Of a DNA stretch of 64,000 nt, positions 1 through 11,317 are shown one piece after another (positions within the stretch are counted from its first letter, which is position 1; each line of letters starts with the position of its first letter). The DNA is from Zootoca vivipara. Taxonomy: Eukaryota. The notes below the pieces were generated by a model. The model did not search any database. It was not told where the DNA came from and was given only the letters and a program-made list of their open reading frames with translations. Where the stretch lies: positions 20,770,001-20,834,000 of the forward strand of contig NC_083281.1 in the NCBI RefSeq assembly GCF_963506605.1, written 5' to 3'. Made by a program: the position numbers and the translations under genes.

Positions 1-181
1 TAAGAACCACATCGCCGCTTCGGCTTGAGGCCCCAACAAAACCACAACCATTAGCTGTGGTTCTGTAGCAAAATGTGCAAAGCCCTCAGCCTCAGGCCAC
101 TTAGCTGCCCGAGTCATGGAGGGGGTTCCCATGACCACGTTAGACCCATGAGTGTGTAGTTCCATCATTATTCTATAAAGC

Positions 182-182
182 G

Positions 183-241
<59 letters not shown>
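182..241. repeat. (GTT)n microsatellite
   Basis: About 20 perfect GTT units. Confidence 0.95.
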
Positions 242-242
<1 letters not shown>

Positions 243-396
243 CAAAACAGGAGATCAATCCCCAATGCTCTCTATAGGTGAAGGAAATGCCCCTATCTGG
301 CAATATCGCCTCAGATGGTAGGAAATGGCTTGGACTAGATGATGCTTGTGATCCCTTCTAACTCTACGATGTTAAGCTTCAGGAGAGAGAGAGAGT

Positions 397-457
<61 letters not shown>

Positions 458-460
458 TAC

Positions 461-500
461 CTGCTGCACCCAGGAGAACCGCCAACAGGAAAATCGCCAT
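461..500 (-). CDS. First coding exon (signal peptide MAIFLLAVLLGAA + phase-1 G) of a secreted protein, probably trypsinogen/serine-protease type; gene continues off the left edge
   Basis: ATG at 500, 40-nt hydrophobic coding exon ending CAG|GTAAGA (donor 460-459), TATAAA about 40 nt upstream. A 40-nt first coding exon with a very short 5' UTR is the trypsinogen layout. No IVGG exon lies within the window. Confidence 0.6.
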
Positions 501-539
501 TGTGTCACAACGAGACAGAACAGTGGTCATCCTGGATCC

Positions 540-666
540 TTTATATTTTAGCCATCGCCTCCCCTTATCTCACAGCTGCTCAGTTGACAGGCCAAAAATA
601 GAAAGAACAGCCCCCACTATCTACGTTTTGAGGGAAATAGTTGTCAGTTCCACCTGACACATTCCC
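540..666 (-). promoter_or_regulatory. Promoter of the secreted-enzyme gene: TATA box, GATA site, E-box and PTF1-type bipartite site
   Basis: TATAAA (540-545, minus strand); AGATAAG and CAGCTG at about 564-578; CACCTG-N5-TTCCC at 651-666, the spacing of the elastase PTF1 element CACCTGTGCTTTTCCC. Confidence 0.6.
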
Positions 667-1779
667 TGGATGGGAATTTGAAAATAACCACCCTGTTCTA
701 AAAGCGGTCAAAGTAACGTAGGCCTTAAAGCGAAGGGTAGTTTCTTCCTCCTCCTTCTGCAGTCCGTTCTCAGCATTCAGGCTTCCATGGACTCTTTGCC
801 TTCTCTCTCATAAGCTGCTATTTGGATTTTTGAGACCTAAGGGTGCAACATGGCAGCCACAGCTGGGCAGAGCAATCCAAATTATAGGCAACTGAGGCAA
901 AGGGAGTTTCGGATCCAGGAGATGTTGGGTTCTCCTGGCTAAACTGGGGCTGTGCTGGTGTAAATTCAGCTGGCATAAACCCCTCAAATGGGACATCCAG
1001 GAGGACTCGCACCAATTCCAAACCTCCCTCACTTCAGCTGTGTGGACCTAGTAACCTGTGAAAGAGGGCTGGGAAACTGTGGCCCTCCATATGTTGATGG
1101 ACTAAGGAGTGCCAGCTTGGCCCCGCAACCATGGCCTTGGCACCAAAATCTGTAGGTGCTTCATGGAAAATTTTGCGGGTGGTCGAGCACCCAGGGCCCC
1201 AGGGAGCTGGCACCTGGGAGATGGAGCAAACTTGTTTTCAGCTGCTCTGGGAGTCCACGTCATCTTTCATGCCACACACAACACTTCACTCCGATTGTGA
1301 TGGTGAACAGGCTGGCCGATGTGAGCAAACAAAGCTATTCGCAGTCAGCTGCCGGCCTTGAATGTTGCTCCATGATCAATGAGCCTCACTCAGGCAAGAC
1401 ACCTCACTTCCCCCGAGGGTTGGGCTGCCCTGCCATGACTTTTAATAAGTACAGGTTTTTGTCCCCGCGCCAAAGAAATGGAAGGGGTCGAGTTTACTCT
1501 GACCACAATTAAATTACTAGCTCTTAATGGGTTGCTAATTTCGCCGAAGGACAGCTTGACTGGCAACCCTGGCGTGGAAACACAAGGACAAGCTTGTTTG
1601 CCAGCAGATGACGGCCTGTGCTTGGCAGGTGAAGTTTCTGCACCTTGCCAAGTTAAACACACTTCAAAGGCACCTGTCTGGAAAAAAGTATGTACCCTCA
1701 GAGCAGGGGCGAATTTACGAGGGGGTCAGGGAACAAATAGTATTTGGCTGCAAGCTGTAAGATATCCTAACAGCGCGCG

Positions 1780-1827
<48 letters not shown>

Positions 1828-2243
1828 ATGTTTGAAAGCTGGTTTAAAATTATTTCTTGAATGGTGGTGCCATAATATGTAAGAATTTTAAAATATGTGC
1901 CGGTGTGAAGGTTGTGTATTACTTACAAAAGTGTGTGCTTCTTCACACAGTGCATAACTATGGGAACTCACACCCGCAGGAGGCTGTGAGGGGCAGCAAC
2001 ATGGATGGCTTAAAAAAAAAGGATTGTTGGACAAATTCATGGGGGAGAAAGCTATTGATGGCTTCTAGCAGTGATGGCTCTGCTCTGCTTCCATGGCTTC
2101 TGAATACCAGTACAGGAGAGGAGAAATGCTCTTGTGCTCAGATCCTTTTTGTGGTTTTCCCATGCGCGTCGGGTTGGCCGCTGTGAGAACAGGATGCTGG
2201 ACTAAATGGGCCATTGGCCTGATCCAGGAGGGATGATCTTCTG

Positions 2244-2646
2244 CAGGGGTCCCCAAACTTACCCGGCTTTGGGCCGGATGTCCGCCGTGCCGATTGCGTG
2301 GTGAGCCGGGGGGTGGGGGAGCGCGCGTGGGGGCGTGGGAGCATGCGGCTGTGCGTGCGCATGCGCATGCGCAAACGCTATTTCAGGCACACTCCTGACC
2401 TGGAAAGCGCCGGAAATAGCTTGTGCGCATGTGCAGAAGCCTCCTCCGACCCGGAAGTACACCGGAAATGACACTTGCGCGTGCGCACAAACTACGGTAT
2501 TTCTGTCGCTTTTCCGGGTCGGAAGTCAGCAGCCGTGCCACACTGCGCTGGTAAGAGCAGGCGGCGGCAGCGGGGGTCCCCAGGGGCCACATAAAAGAGC
2601 CCCCGGGGCCGTATGTGGCTCCCGGGCCATAGTCTGGGGACACCTG
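2244..2646. mobile_element. Non-autonomous hAT DNA transposon (CpG-rich) inserted in a CR1-like 3' fragment
   Basis: TIRs CAGGGGTCCCCAAACT / AGTCTGGGGACACCTG; 8-bp TSD ATCTTCTG (2236-2243, 2647-2654). Confidence 0.85.
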
Positions 2647-2996
2647 ATCTTCTGTTCTTGTGTTCTTATGATGTGGTCCCACTCGCCCACACTCAGCACC
2701 CCTGTCCACAAGTTCCCTGGAAAGAGGGATGGACTGTTAAACCACTCTGGGAACTGTAGCTCTGTAAGGGAAAATAGCGGTCCGCCAACAACACCCAGCA
2801 TCCTTAACAAACTACAATTCCCAGAATTCCGTGAAGGAAGCAACGACTGCTTAAGGAGGTTTTAAAGATAAGGGATGCATGTGGCCTTAGATCCTGGTTG
2901 CCTCAAGGACAAGCTGAAGCTTTATATCCCAGCTCAGTCATTGAGATCATCTGCAGGAGTGCTACTGGTTGTTCCCTGAGCTGGCAAGGCTCATTT

Positions 2997-3070
<74 letters not shown>

Positions 3071-3225
3071 TTTATTGTAATTGGCTCATTGCTGTGAAAT
3101 TCTCTGGCGATAGAGAAAGCAGGTAACTTCTGTTTCCTGAAAAAAATTCTAATTTTCAGGCTTATGCAGTCAATAAAGATGGCATCTTTCCACGACAGTT
3201 AGCTGATTTCTGGTTTTAACTTGGT

Positions 3226-3271
<46 letters not shown>

Positions 3272-5044
3272 GGTTTATGTGAAATTTGTTGCAATCTGCT
3301 TTGTCTTTGTTGTTGTTGTTTACAAATAGTTGTTTATAAATATATTTATTTTAAAAAGAAAATAATTAAAGAAGTCTTGGATGCACCAGACGATGTTCTT
3401 ACCGTATTATTTGCAGGGCTGAGTGACCTGAGGTCAAACCATAATAAAAACCATTTTAAGCAGCGCTGACACCAGAGACTAGCAGCTTGTTCATAATTGG
3501 TAGTGGCGTGGGGGTAAATTTTGAGGGGCAGGAACTGTTTCATGAAATCTTCAGAACAGATTATGGGGAACCAGTAGCTCCTGGGCCAAATTAGGCCTGA
3601 CAGGAATCTTCATATATTTTTCAGGGCGTCACCTGGTGATTGACAAGAGGGCAACTCCACCCGTCTCTCAGCGTGGCCTGTGGAGGAGCTCAGGATTCAG
3701 CCCGCCTAGATCCTGCTCCTCCCTCCCACTCTAGAACCATCAAACCTGTTCCTAGCTAGACTTCAGACAACACAGCAGATTTTATTATTGGCTTCGGCAT
3801 GACTGCAGCTGCACACGCAGTTACCTGGGAGTAAGCTCCATGAAACACAGTGAAGCTTATTTCTCCGACATTATAAGTTCAACTTGCAAAACACACTGAG
3901 CTTTAACAAAATATCTTCAGCCAGCTGGAATGCAGCACCTTTGGCTATTAATTAAACAATCCCGCAGAGAAATGTCCACCATCTAAATTGCTATCCTGAA
4001 ACAGGAGAGCGGTAAAGGAAAGGGACGATGTACCCAGCCTCTCTTGGCTCCCCCCCCCCCCCGTGATAATTTATCACAAACAAACTTGAAAGCTTCAAGG
4101 TCATCTCATATGTTTGCCAGGACAAGGAGGGTTTGTCCATTACCCCAGTACTCTGCAAGATATCCTCACTCTTGCTGTGAAAATAGTCCCAGAGTTCTGT
4201 TTCCTTGTACTACACCACTGCAAATTTGTCTCCTAAGCAAACAGGGTGGAGATTAAACAGAAAGGCACATGTATTAGTGTATGCCATGCTACTGGACCAT
4301 CATAGGATGTTTCAAAGCTCCCCACAATGTCAAAACCAAGACGCCACGCTCTCCAAATTCTTAGGTTTTTAACCATTTATTAATTCACTTGTGCGGTTTT
4401 CTCCAAGCTCTGGAGGTGGCGCTAGGCAGCAGAAAATGTTCAACTGAAGCAACAGAAGCCTCATTGGTGAAGATGCAAACATACCTACTGTGGTTTTAAC
4501 TCAGTGTCAGGATCTGGGAAGCCGCCACCCCCCCCCCCCCGGGAATCACAACTAAAGATCTATGACAGAAGGCCCTCTAAGCTCTGCTTAAAAACCTCCA
4601 GTGAAGGAGAGTCCACCACCTCTCGTGGGAGCCCTTGCCACCAGAATGTTCTTCCTGATGTTTAGTCGGCATCTCATTTCTTGTAACCTTGAAGCCATGG
4701 GTTCGGGTCCTACCCTCCAGAGCAGGAGGAAACAAGCTTGCTCCGTCTTCCATGTGACAGCTCTTGGGATATTTGGGGGGGGGGGGGACAACTAAAAAAA
4801 AACCTGAACGAATTCCTATGCCCCACAAATAATGCAGAGATGCATTTTAAATAAAAGCACACATTCTACTCATGTAAAAAAACACCAGGCAGGCCCCACA
4901 AATAACCCAGAGATGCATTTTAAATAAAAGGACACATTCTACTCATGTAAAAACATGTTGATTCTCAGACCGTCAATGGGCCGGATTTAGAAGGCGATTG
5001 GGCCAGATCTGGCCCCCAGGCCTTAGTTTGCCTACCCATGGTCT

Positions 5045-5620
5045 CTAAACCACTGAGCTAGGGCTTGCCGATCAGAAAGCCAGTGGTTTGAATGCCCGCA
5101 ACGGGCTGAGCTCCTGTTGCTTGGTCCCAGCTCCTGCCTACCTACCCTGTTTCTCATATTTTAAGACATACCCATAAAATAAGCCATAGCAGGATTTTTA
5201 AGCATTCAAGGAATATAAGCCATACCCCGAAAATAAGACATAGTGATAGGCGCAGCAGCAATGCCGGCCGCGGCAGGAGGAGGAGGAAAAAAATAAGACA
5301 TCCCTTGAAAATAAGCTATAGTGTGTTTTTTTGAGGAAAAAATAAATATAAGACGTGCCTTATAATATGAGAAACACGGTAGCAGTTCAAAAGCACATCA
5401 AAGTGCAAGTAGATAAATAGGTACTGCTCCGGCAGGAAGGTAAACGGCATTTCCGTGTGCTGCTCTGGTTCGCCAGAAGCGGCTTAGTCATGCTGGCCAC
5501 ATGACCTGGAAGCTGTCTGTGGACAAACACCGGCTCCCTTGGCCTATAGAGCGAGATTTGCGCCGCAACCCCAGAGTCGTCCGCAACTGGACCTAATGGT
5601 CAGGGGTACCTTTACCTTTT
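5045..5620 (+). mobile_element. Sauria SINE, 5'-damaged and interrupted by a MITE
   Basis: Matches the other Sauria SINE copies (15656, 52256); ends GGTCAGGGG..(ACCTTT)n. Confidence 0.8.
5145..5379. mobile_element. Tc1/mariner (Tigger/pogo-like) MITE nested in Sauria SINE
   Basis: TIRs CC(C/G)TGTTTCTCATATT; TA TSD (5143-5144, 5380-5381); removing it restores the SINE sequence ..ACC-TA-GCAGTTC. Confidence 0.85.
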
Positions 5621-6502
5621 ATTACTTCCCTTGATCCGGACACTAGACTGCAACCTCGAATAGCATTTGCCTTTTTTTGCTGCTTCATCACTCTGCTGAC
5701 TCATGTTCAGCTTGTGGTCTACTAAGACCCCTAGATTCTTTTCACATGCACTGCAGGTGAGCCAGATGTCCCCCACCCCCCACCCCATCCTAAATTTGTG
5801 CATTCGATTATTTCAAATGTAGAAACTTACATTTGTCCCTGTTGAAATGTATAGTCAGAATGCTGGGAATTCTAGCTCCCTCTAACCTCGTGATATCTCC
5901 CCAAAGTTCTTAAGGTGACAGAATGAGTGGCAGGTAGGGGAAGTTGGTGGGTGGCAGAAATTAAAGTCAGCTTGCATTTAAAGGAGAACTTACCTAATTT
6001 GTGCTTTCTGATCCAAATCACAACCATCCTTTACACACTTTTCCGAATTTTGCAAGCGAGTCCTCGAGCCAGGTAATGTGTACAAGGATGCACATGCTAA
6101 TGTTTGTAAAAAATAAAATAAAAATTCATGCGCTGGTGGAAAATAATGCAGGCCAAAATGGCTTTGCAAAAAAAAGGAGGTGTAATTATTGCTTTGTCGT
6201 TGCAATTTATTGCATGCCCATCACACAAAATTGCGTTCGAGTTGAGAATGTGTCTGTCGGGATACATTCACAGCAAGAAGCAGGTGAATTTCCACGATGA
6301 CCTTTTAACATAAATAAATAGAATGCAAACTGATGTGGAAATGTGGAGAACTCAGCTAGCGACTGGAGAGAAATGAGGAGCTGAGGGGAAAAACTGGAAT
6401 GCCTCTCCTTATTTTTTAGGTCATCCGTTGAAATGTCAACACTTTCCTCCCTCCCAAAGGAAGAATGCAACTCACAAATGAGCACTTCAGCAGGAAAGAA
6501 GC

Positions 6503-6508
6503 TTTATT
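6503..6508 (-). terminator. APOC2: Polyadenylation signal of APOC2
   Basis: AATAAA on the minus strand about 110 nt after the TAG stop. Confidence 0.7.
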
Positions 6509-6616
6509 CATTTCCTAAGCATGGGAGCATCTTTACACGCAAAATGTATGAAAAAAACGAAGGCTTCCCTGAGCCTCAGCGACTAGTCTCTGCAGAAGGG
6601 AGAAAGGTGGACGACA

Positions 6617-6707
6617 CTAACTCTCACTTTGCATCAGGTGGTAAACTTGGTCAGAGAGTATGTCCGTGTAGGTCCTAATCTTTGACATGCTGTTTTCGTA
6701 CATAGTT
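6617..6707 (-). CDS. APOC2: Apolipoprotein C-II, last coding exon
   Basis: Acceptor TTTCCAG|, phase 2; encodes (I)TMYENSMSKIRTYTDILSDQVYHLMQSES*. The LPL-activating Y-x-x-I-x-x-DQ motif matches human STYTGIFTDQV. Confidence 0.92.
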
Positions 6708-6896
6708 CTGGAAAGGATAAAGGAAAGAAGGGTTGAAGATGGGTAGTCGGTAGCCACATCCACACCATATATATTTAAAGCATAGTGACACCACTTGAAA
6801 CACTCATGGGTCCCCTTTTCCAAAGAATTCTGGGAGATGTAGTTTGTTAAAGGTGCTGGGAGTTGATAGGAGACCCTGCCCCTCTTCCCCTCACAG

Positions 6897-6986
6897 CATA
6901 GCTGCCAAGTTATCCCTTTTTTAAAGGGAAATTCCCTTATGCTGAATAGGCTTCCTCGTGAGAAAAGGGAAAACATGGCAGCTATG
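6897..6986. mobile_element. 90-bp hAT-type MITE (CATAGCTGCC..GGCAGCTATG); same family at 16263-16352 and partial at about 10672
   Basis: TIRs plus 8-bp TSDs CCTCACAG here and GTGTATAT at 16263. Confidence 0.8.
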
Positions 6987-7327
6987 CCTCACAGAGTTAT
7001 AATTTACCGTGTTCCCTAGGAAGAGGGATTGACTTGTGAAACCGTACTGTGACTTGTAGCTCTGGAAGGGGAATAGCGGGCTTCCTAACAACTCTAAGCA
7101 CCCTTAACAAATGACAGTTCCCAGGATTCTCTGGGGGAAGCCATAACAGTTTAAAGTGGATTCATAGTTCTGCAAATATACTGTAGGTTTTGAACTCAGG
7201 GTGGACCATGTCCATCAATTTCATGGAGTCTACTCTTGAGTATGAGTAACACTGGCTACAACCCTAAATTACTGGAAAACCTCCCTCCGCCCACCACCTC
7301 TCTGCTTGTCCCCTGCCTTATTCTCAC

Positions 7328-7484
7328 ATGATTGGCTTTGTGACTTCCAGATTTTGGATTTTCTCTAGCCAGCCCTGGGCTGTGCTGGAAACTTGACTCC
7401 AGACCCCTGTGACTTTCTCCTTAACTTGAGCGAACACTTCCGGCTCCTCGGCTTCTCGTTTCTGCAAGCGAAAGCTGGAGACTT
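7328..7484 (-). CDS. APOC2: Apolipoprotein C-II, middle coding exon
   Basis: TTTTTGCAG| acceptor, AT|GTGAGA donor, 157 nt, phase 1 to 2; (E)VSSFRLQKREAEEPEVFAQVKEKVTGVWSQVSSTAQGWLEKIQNLEVTKPI aligns to human [26 protein letters not shown]. Confidence 0.92.
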
Positions 7485-8123
7485 CTGCAAAAAAGGTGAA
7501 CAGAAAAGAACAAAAAAGTAAACTGTTAAGATATTTGGGGCAAATTGTTTTATTTATTGTTTGCGTTTCTTGGGTGATTGAAATGGTGACTTTTGTTTTG
7601 AAGTTATTGTAAGCTCCTGAGAGCTTCCTGTTCAAAGAGAGAAGTAAGGGAAATAAGGGAAATGAAACCACAGTGTGTTCAGTTTGGGCCTTTTCTTATG
7701 ACCAGGGCCAGTTTGGCATTTTGTCGCCTGAGGCGGAGGACAAGATGGCGCGCCCACCATTCTGTATACAGAGGGTGACTGGGCTGGCTGTGAAATCTTA
7801 CTTTAAAGCCGGCATGCGGATAAAAAAATATAAAAAATGATGATGATGATGATGATGATAACATCTTCCAGCACACCTGAGGGCAGTACGCTAATTTAGG
7901 GGGTACCCTGTCAGAAATACCTTGGCTTAACTTGGATTGTGAACTCGTCATGTCTCCTTTAATTGTGTGCCCAGGCGGAGGCCCACCCGCCGACCCCAAG
8001 AGCCACCCGGAAGAAATGGATGACTCATGACAATGTATTAAGGGATTAAATTGGCCACAACTTTATTTAAACTTTCAGGTGTAGGAAGACCTTGGTTTAG
8101 GCATTGGGCATGTATCCCTCCCA

Positions 8124-8252
8124 NNNNNNNNNNNNNNNNNNNNNNNNNNNNNNNNNNNNNNNNNNNNNNNNNNNNNNNNNNNNNNNNNNNNNNNNNNNNN
8201 NNNNNNNNNNNNNNNNNNNNNNNNNNNNNNNNNNNNNNNNNNNNNNNNNNNN
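8124..8252. other. Assembly gap (Ns)
   Basis: Run of n. Confidence 1.
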
Positions 8253-8257
8253 TTGAT

Positions 8258-8481
8258 ATCCCGCCTTTCACTCCCCTTAAGGAGTCTCAAAGCGGCTAAC
8301 AATCTCCTTTTCCCTTCCTCCCCCACAACAAACACTCTGTGAGGTGAGTGAGGCTGAGAGACTTCAGAGAAGTGTGACTAGCCCAAGGTCACCCAGCAGC
8401 TGCATGTGGAGGAGCGGGGAAGCGAACCCGGTTCACCAGATTCAGAATCCACCAGTCTTAACCACTATACCATGCTGGCTC
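8258..8481 (-). mobile_element. tRNA-headed CORE/MIR-like SINE (Squam3-like)
   Basis: Minus strand begins GAGCCAGCATGGTATAGTGGTTAAGA (A box) with a B-box-like GGTTCGCTTCC; contains the CORE-like CCCAAGGTCACCCAGC segment. Confidence 0.6.
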
Positions 8482-9875
8482 CCTGATCTGAGGCACATCA
8501 GGGTAATCAGGTCTGTCTGGGAAGTGGGCTGGCTCTGGAAGACATTTGTTTACACAGAGTGCCTGCTCCCATTTCACCGCAATGCTGGGGGGTCCACTGA
8601 CAACCTTTCAGCGTATGGCCAGTGACTCCCCTCCAAATCAGTCCCTTTAACGGGGGACCGCAGCCGTGGGGGGGGACCCAGGGACCGCTGCCGTGGGGGG
8701 GGCATGCATCACCACTTCACGCCCCCCTCCCTGGGCCGGATTTAGGTTTGATGATGCCCTAAGCTACTGAAGGTATTGGGGCCCTTTACATGTCCAGCTG
8801 TCCTTTGTCAACAACACATTTTGCTGGTTTTTGTGTTGAATATATGCTATATGGTAATTTATGGACCTAATAGGTATCTCAAGCCATGCACATGCTAGTT
8901 GGGTGACCACCTGCAATTGAGAATGGGGCTCCTGTACCCTTAATTAGGGTTGCCATATGTCCAGATTTTCCAGGATTTTAGACAAGTGAATTGAAAAATC
9001 GCCTTTTTAGAGGTGTTTTTTTTGGGGGGGAAGCTCAACAACTTTTGGGGTGTCCTGGATTTTACTTTTTGAAATATGGCAACCCTACCTTAACTGTGCA
9101 AAAATTTCAGAAGTGAAGCTTATCTTGCAAAGAGAACCAAAAGGCGACATTCCACCTTCCACATAAATCTCCATCTTCTGCCTAGTGACTTGCAATGCAC
9201 ACAAATGGTAAAAAGTGCAGGAAACATTTGGATTCATTGCAACAACTTGGGGTTTACCCTGTTCAAGGGCCCTTTCACCTGATCCTATCTGCATTTTACA
9301 CATCGGAACATAAAACCATTTGTGATTTCCACTTTGGAGGAGAACCGAAGCACGGCCGTCAACTGTTGTACACACCACAAACATTCAACGCACAGTTTTT
9401 TGCCACCGCCCCAAAAGCATCCTGGAAACAGCACATCGTTAAACTATGGAACTCTCTCCCACAGGAAGCAGTGGTGGCTTTAAATGAGGATTGGATCAAT
9501 TCATGGAGGTGAGAGGCTATCAGCAGCTACTGGCCAAAATGGCTATGCTCTGTCTCCATGGTCGGAGGCAATCAATGCTTCTGAGTGCCAGCTGCTGAGA
9601 GCCACAGGAGGAGAAATGCTCTTGCACTCAGCTCTTGCTTGTGTGATTCCCTCAGGCTTCTGGATGGCCACTGTGAGAACAGGATGCTGCACTCGGATAA
9701 GCCATTGGTCAGTTCGTATGTTCTTATGATTCACCCCTTACAGAGCTACAGTTCCCAGCAGCCTTAACAAACTACAAATCCCAGCGATTTGGGCGTGCGC
9801 TCTTTCAATGCATGGCACATACAGACATCCATGTACAGACATGCCTTCTCAAATCAGCAATTGGAGGAAACTTGC

Positions 9876-9927
9876 CTGAGCAGAAAAGCACTAGCAGGAT
9901 CGACACGGCCACAAGTTTCAAATCCAT
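9876..9927 (-). CDS. APOC2: Apolipoprotein C-II, signal-peptide exon (exon spans 9876-9942), GC donor
   Basis: AAAATGG start; MDLKLVAVSILLVLFCS+G; donor CAG|GCAAGT. 52+157+91=300 nt gives an open 99-aa protein. Confidence 0.85.
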
Positions 9928-10071
9928 TTTCACAACCGCTGCCTAGGATGTTGAAACACAAACATTCGCTTAGGTAAACCAGGTTAGGAAACAGGCAAAG
10001 CTGAGCCCCTCATGGGATATAGCTAGTTTTGCTGTTTCCCAGCCAAAACAAATCCACCCCACCCACCCCAC

Positions 10072-10214
10072 GCAGCTCAGTCGGTTAAGTGTGAGGCTCT
10101 TGATCTCAGGGTCATGGGTTCGAGCCCTACGTTGGTCAAAAGAATCCTACATTGCAGGGGGTTGGACTAGATGACCCTCGTGGTCCCTTCCAACTCTACA
10201 ATTCTATGATTCTA
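10072..10214 (+). mobile_element. tRNA-Lys-derived SINE with CR1-type 3' tail; related copies at about 16020-16155 and 27553-27695
   Basis: Head GCTCAGTCGGTT..TCTCAGGGTC.TGGGTTCGAGCCC.ACGTTGG resembles tRNA-Lys; tail GGGTTGGACTAGATGACC..CCTTCCAACTCT..ATTCTATGATTCT is the CR1 3' end. Confidence 0.75.
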
Positions 10215-11317
10215 TTATCTTTATTATACTTTTTGTTTTTAAAGAGCCAGAGCTGGACCTAGACTGTGGAGATACATTTCAAATACTCTGCTATGAAGTT
10301 CACAGAATGACCTGGGGCGAATCACTGTAACTCGGTGCAACCCATATCACAGGGTCATTGTGAGGATAAAGGGGGGGTGGCCTTGGATGAAGGGCAGGGC
10401 ACAAGATGGCAATCGATAGCTCATTCATCCCTATCCTCTTACTGCGGAGTCCTTGGAATTGCCGACCCAACGGCCATGATATGCGTTTGCTGAAACATTT
10501 TGAATCTCACAAAGAAAACATTGCCAGATAAAACATAGTCCTTTCTCACCCTCTGTGCTAGGAGGGAGGGTTGCAGTGTTTGGGGTTTTTATTTTTACTG
10601 TAAGTTGAATTCAGCCAAATGAGACACAAACACCATTTTGCTTTCATTGATGGAAGGCAAACAACTCTGGCCATAGCTGTCAAGTTTTCCCTTTTCTCGC
10701 GAGGAAGCCTATTCAGCATAAGGGAACAACACGGCTGAGAGACATCTGGAAATCATTGCCAGGTCAAAGGCTATCAATGGCTACCACTAGCTACAAATGG
10801 CTTTTTCCTACCCTGTAGAGGCACTATTGATTTATTGATTGATTGATTGACAAGTGGGGACAGCTGCTGTTCCATTTTGGTCCTGCTTGCAGGGCAATGT
10901 GCATTCTGCAGTGACCTCCTTTGCAATGTCTTATTTTGAAATCTTTCAGATGGTATTTTAGCTTACTTGTCAATTTGCATTGTCTTGAATGTATACTTTA
11001 TATTTGATTTTCTTTTGCAATGCTTTATTCTGGATTGGTGGGTTTTTAAAAAAACATTTTTATTGATTTTTACATTACAAATTCAAATTCAAACATTAAA
11101 CATCAACACCTTCATTCAGGATTCCCTGAGTGCTTTGACTTCCCTCCACCCTTCTGTGGCGACCAATTTCAATCTTTTTCTTTTCAACCACTTCCTTTAA
11201 TTTTCTCTCTATATTTTTTTGAAAAAAGAATCCATTTCTGCCATAGATTTCCTTACTAATCTGGATTGTTTCATTTGACATTTCAACGGAGGTTGTAAAC
11301 TGCATGTGTGTGTGTGT

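Noticed and set aside
3000-3270. Low-complexity ORFs (poly-RE, poly-Y; elsewhere poly-HT, poly-I, poly-N)
   Set aside because: Translations of (AG)n, (TAT)n, (AC)n and (AAT)n microsatellites.
7485-7671. N-terminal part of ORF 7324-7671 (MVSFPLFPLLLSL..) as the APOC2 start
   Set aside because: Non-ATG start and intronic read-through; a proper signal exon exists at 9876-9927.
10072-10137. tRNA-Lys-like sequence as a tRNA gene
   Set aside because: Degenerate cloverleaf fused to a CR1 tail; it is a SINE head.
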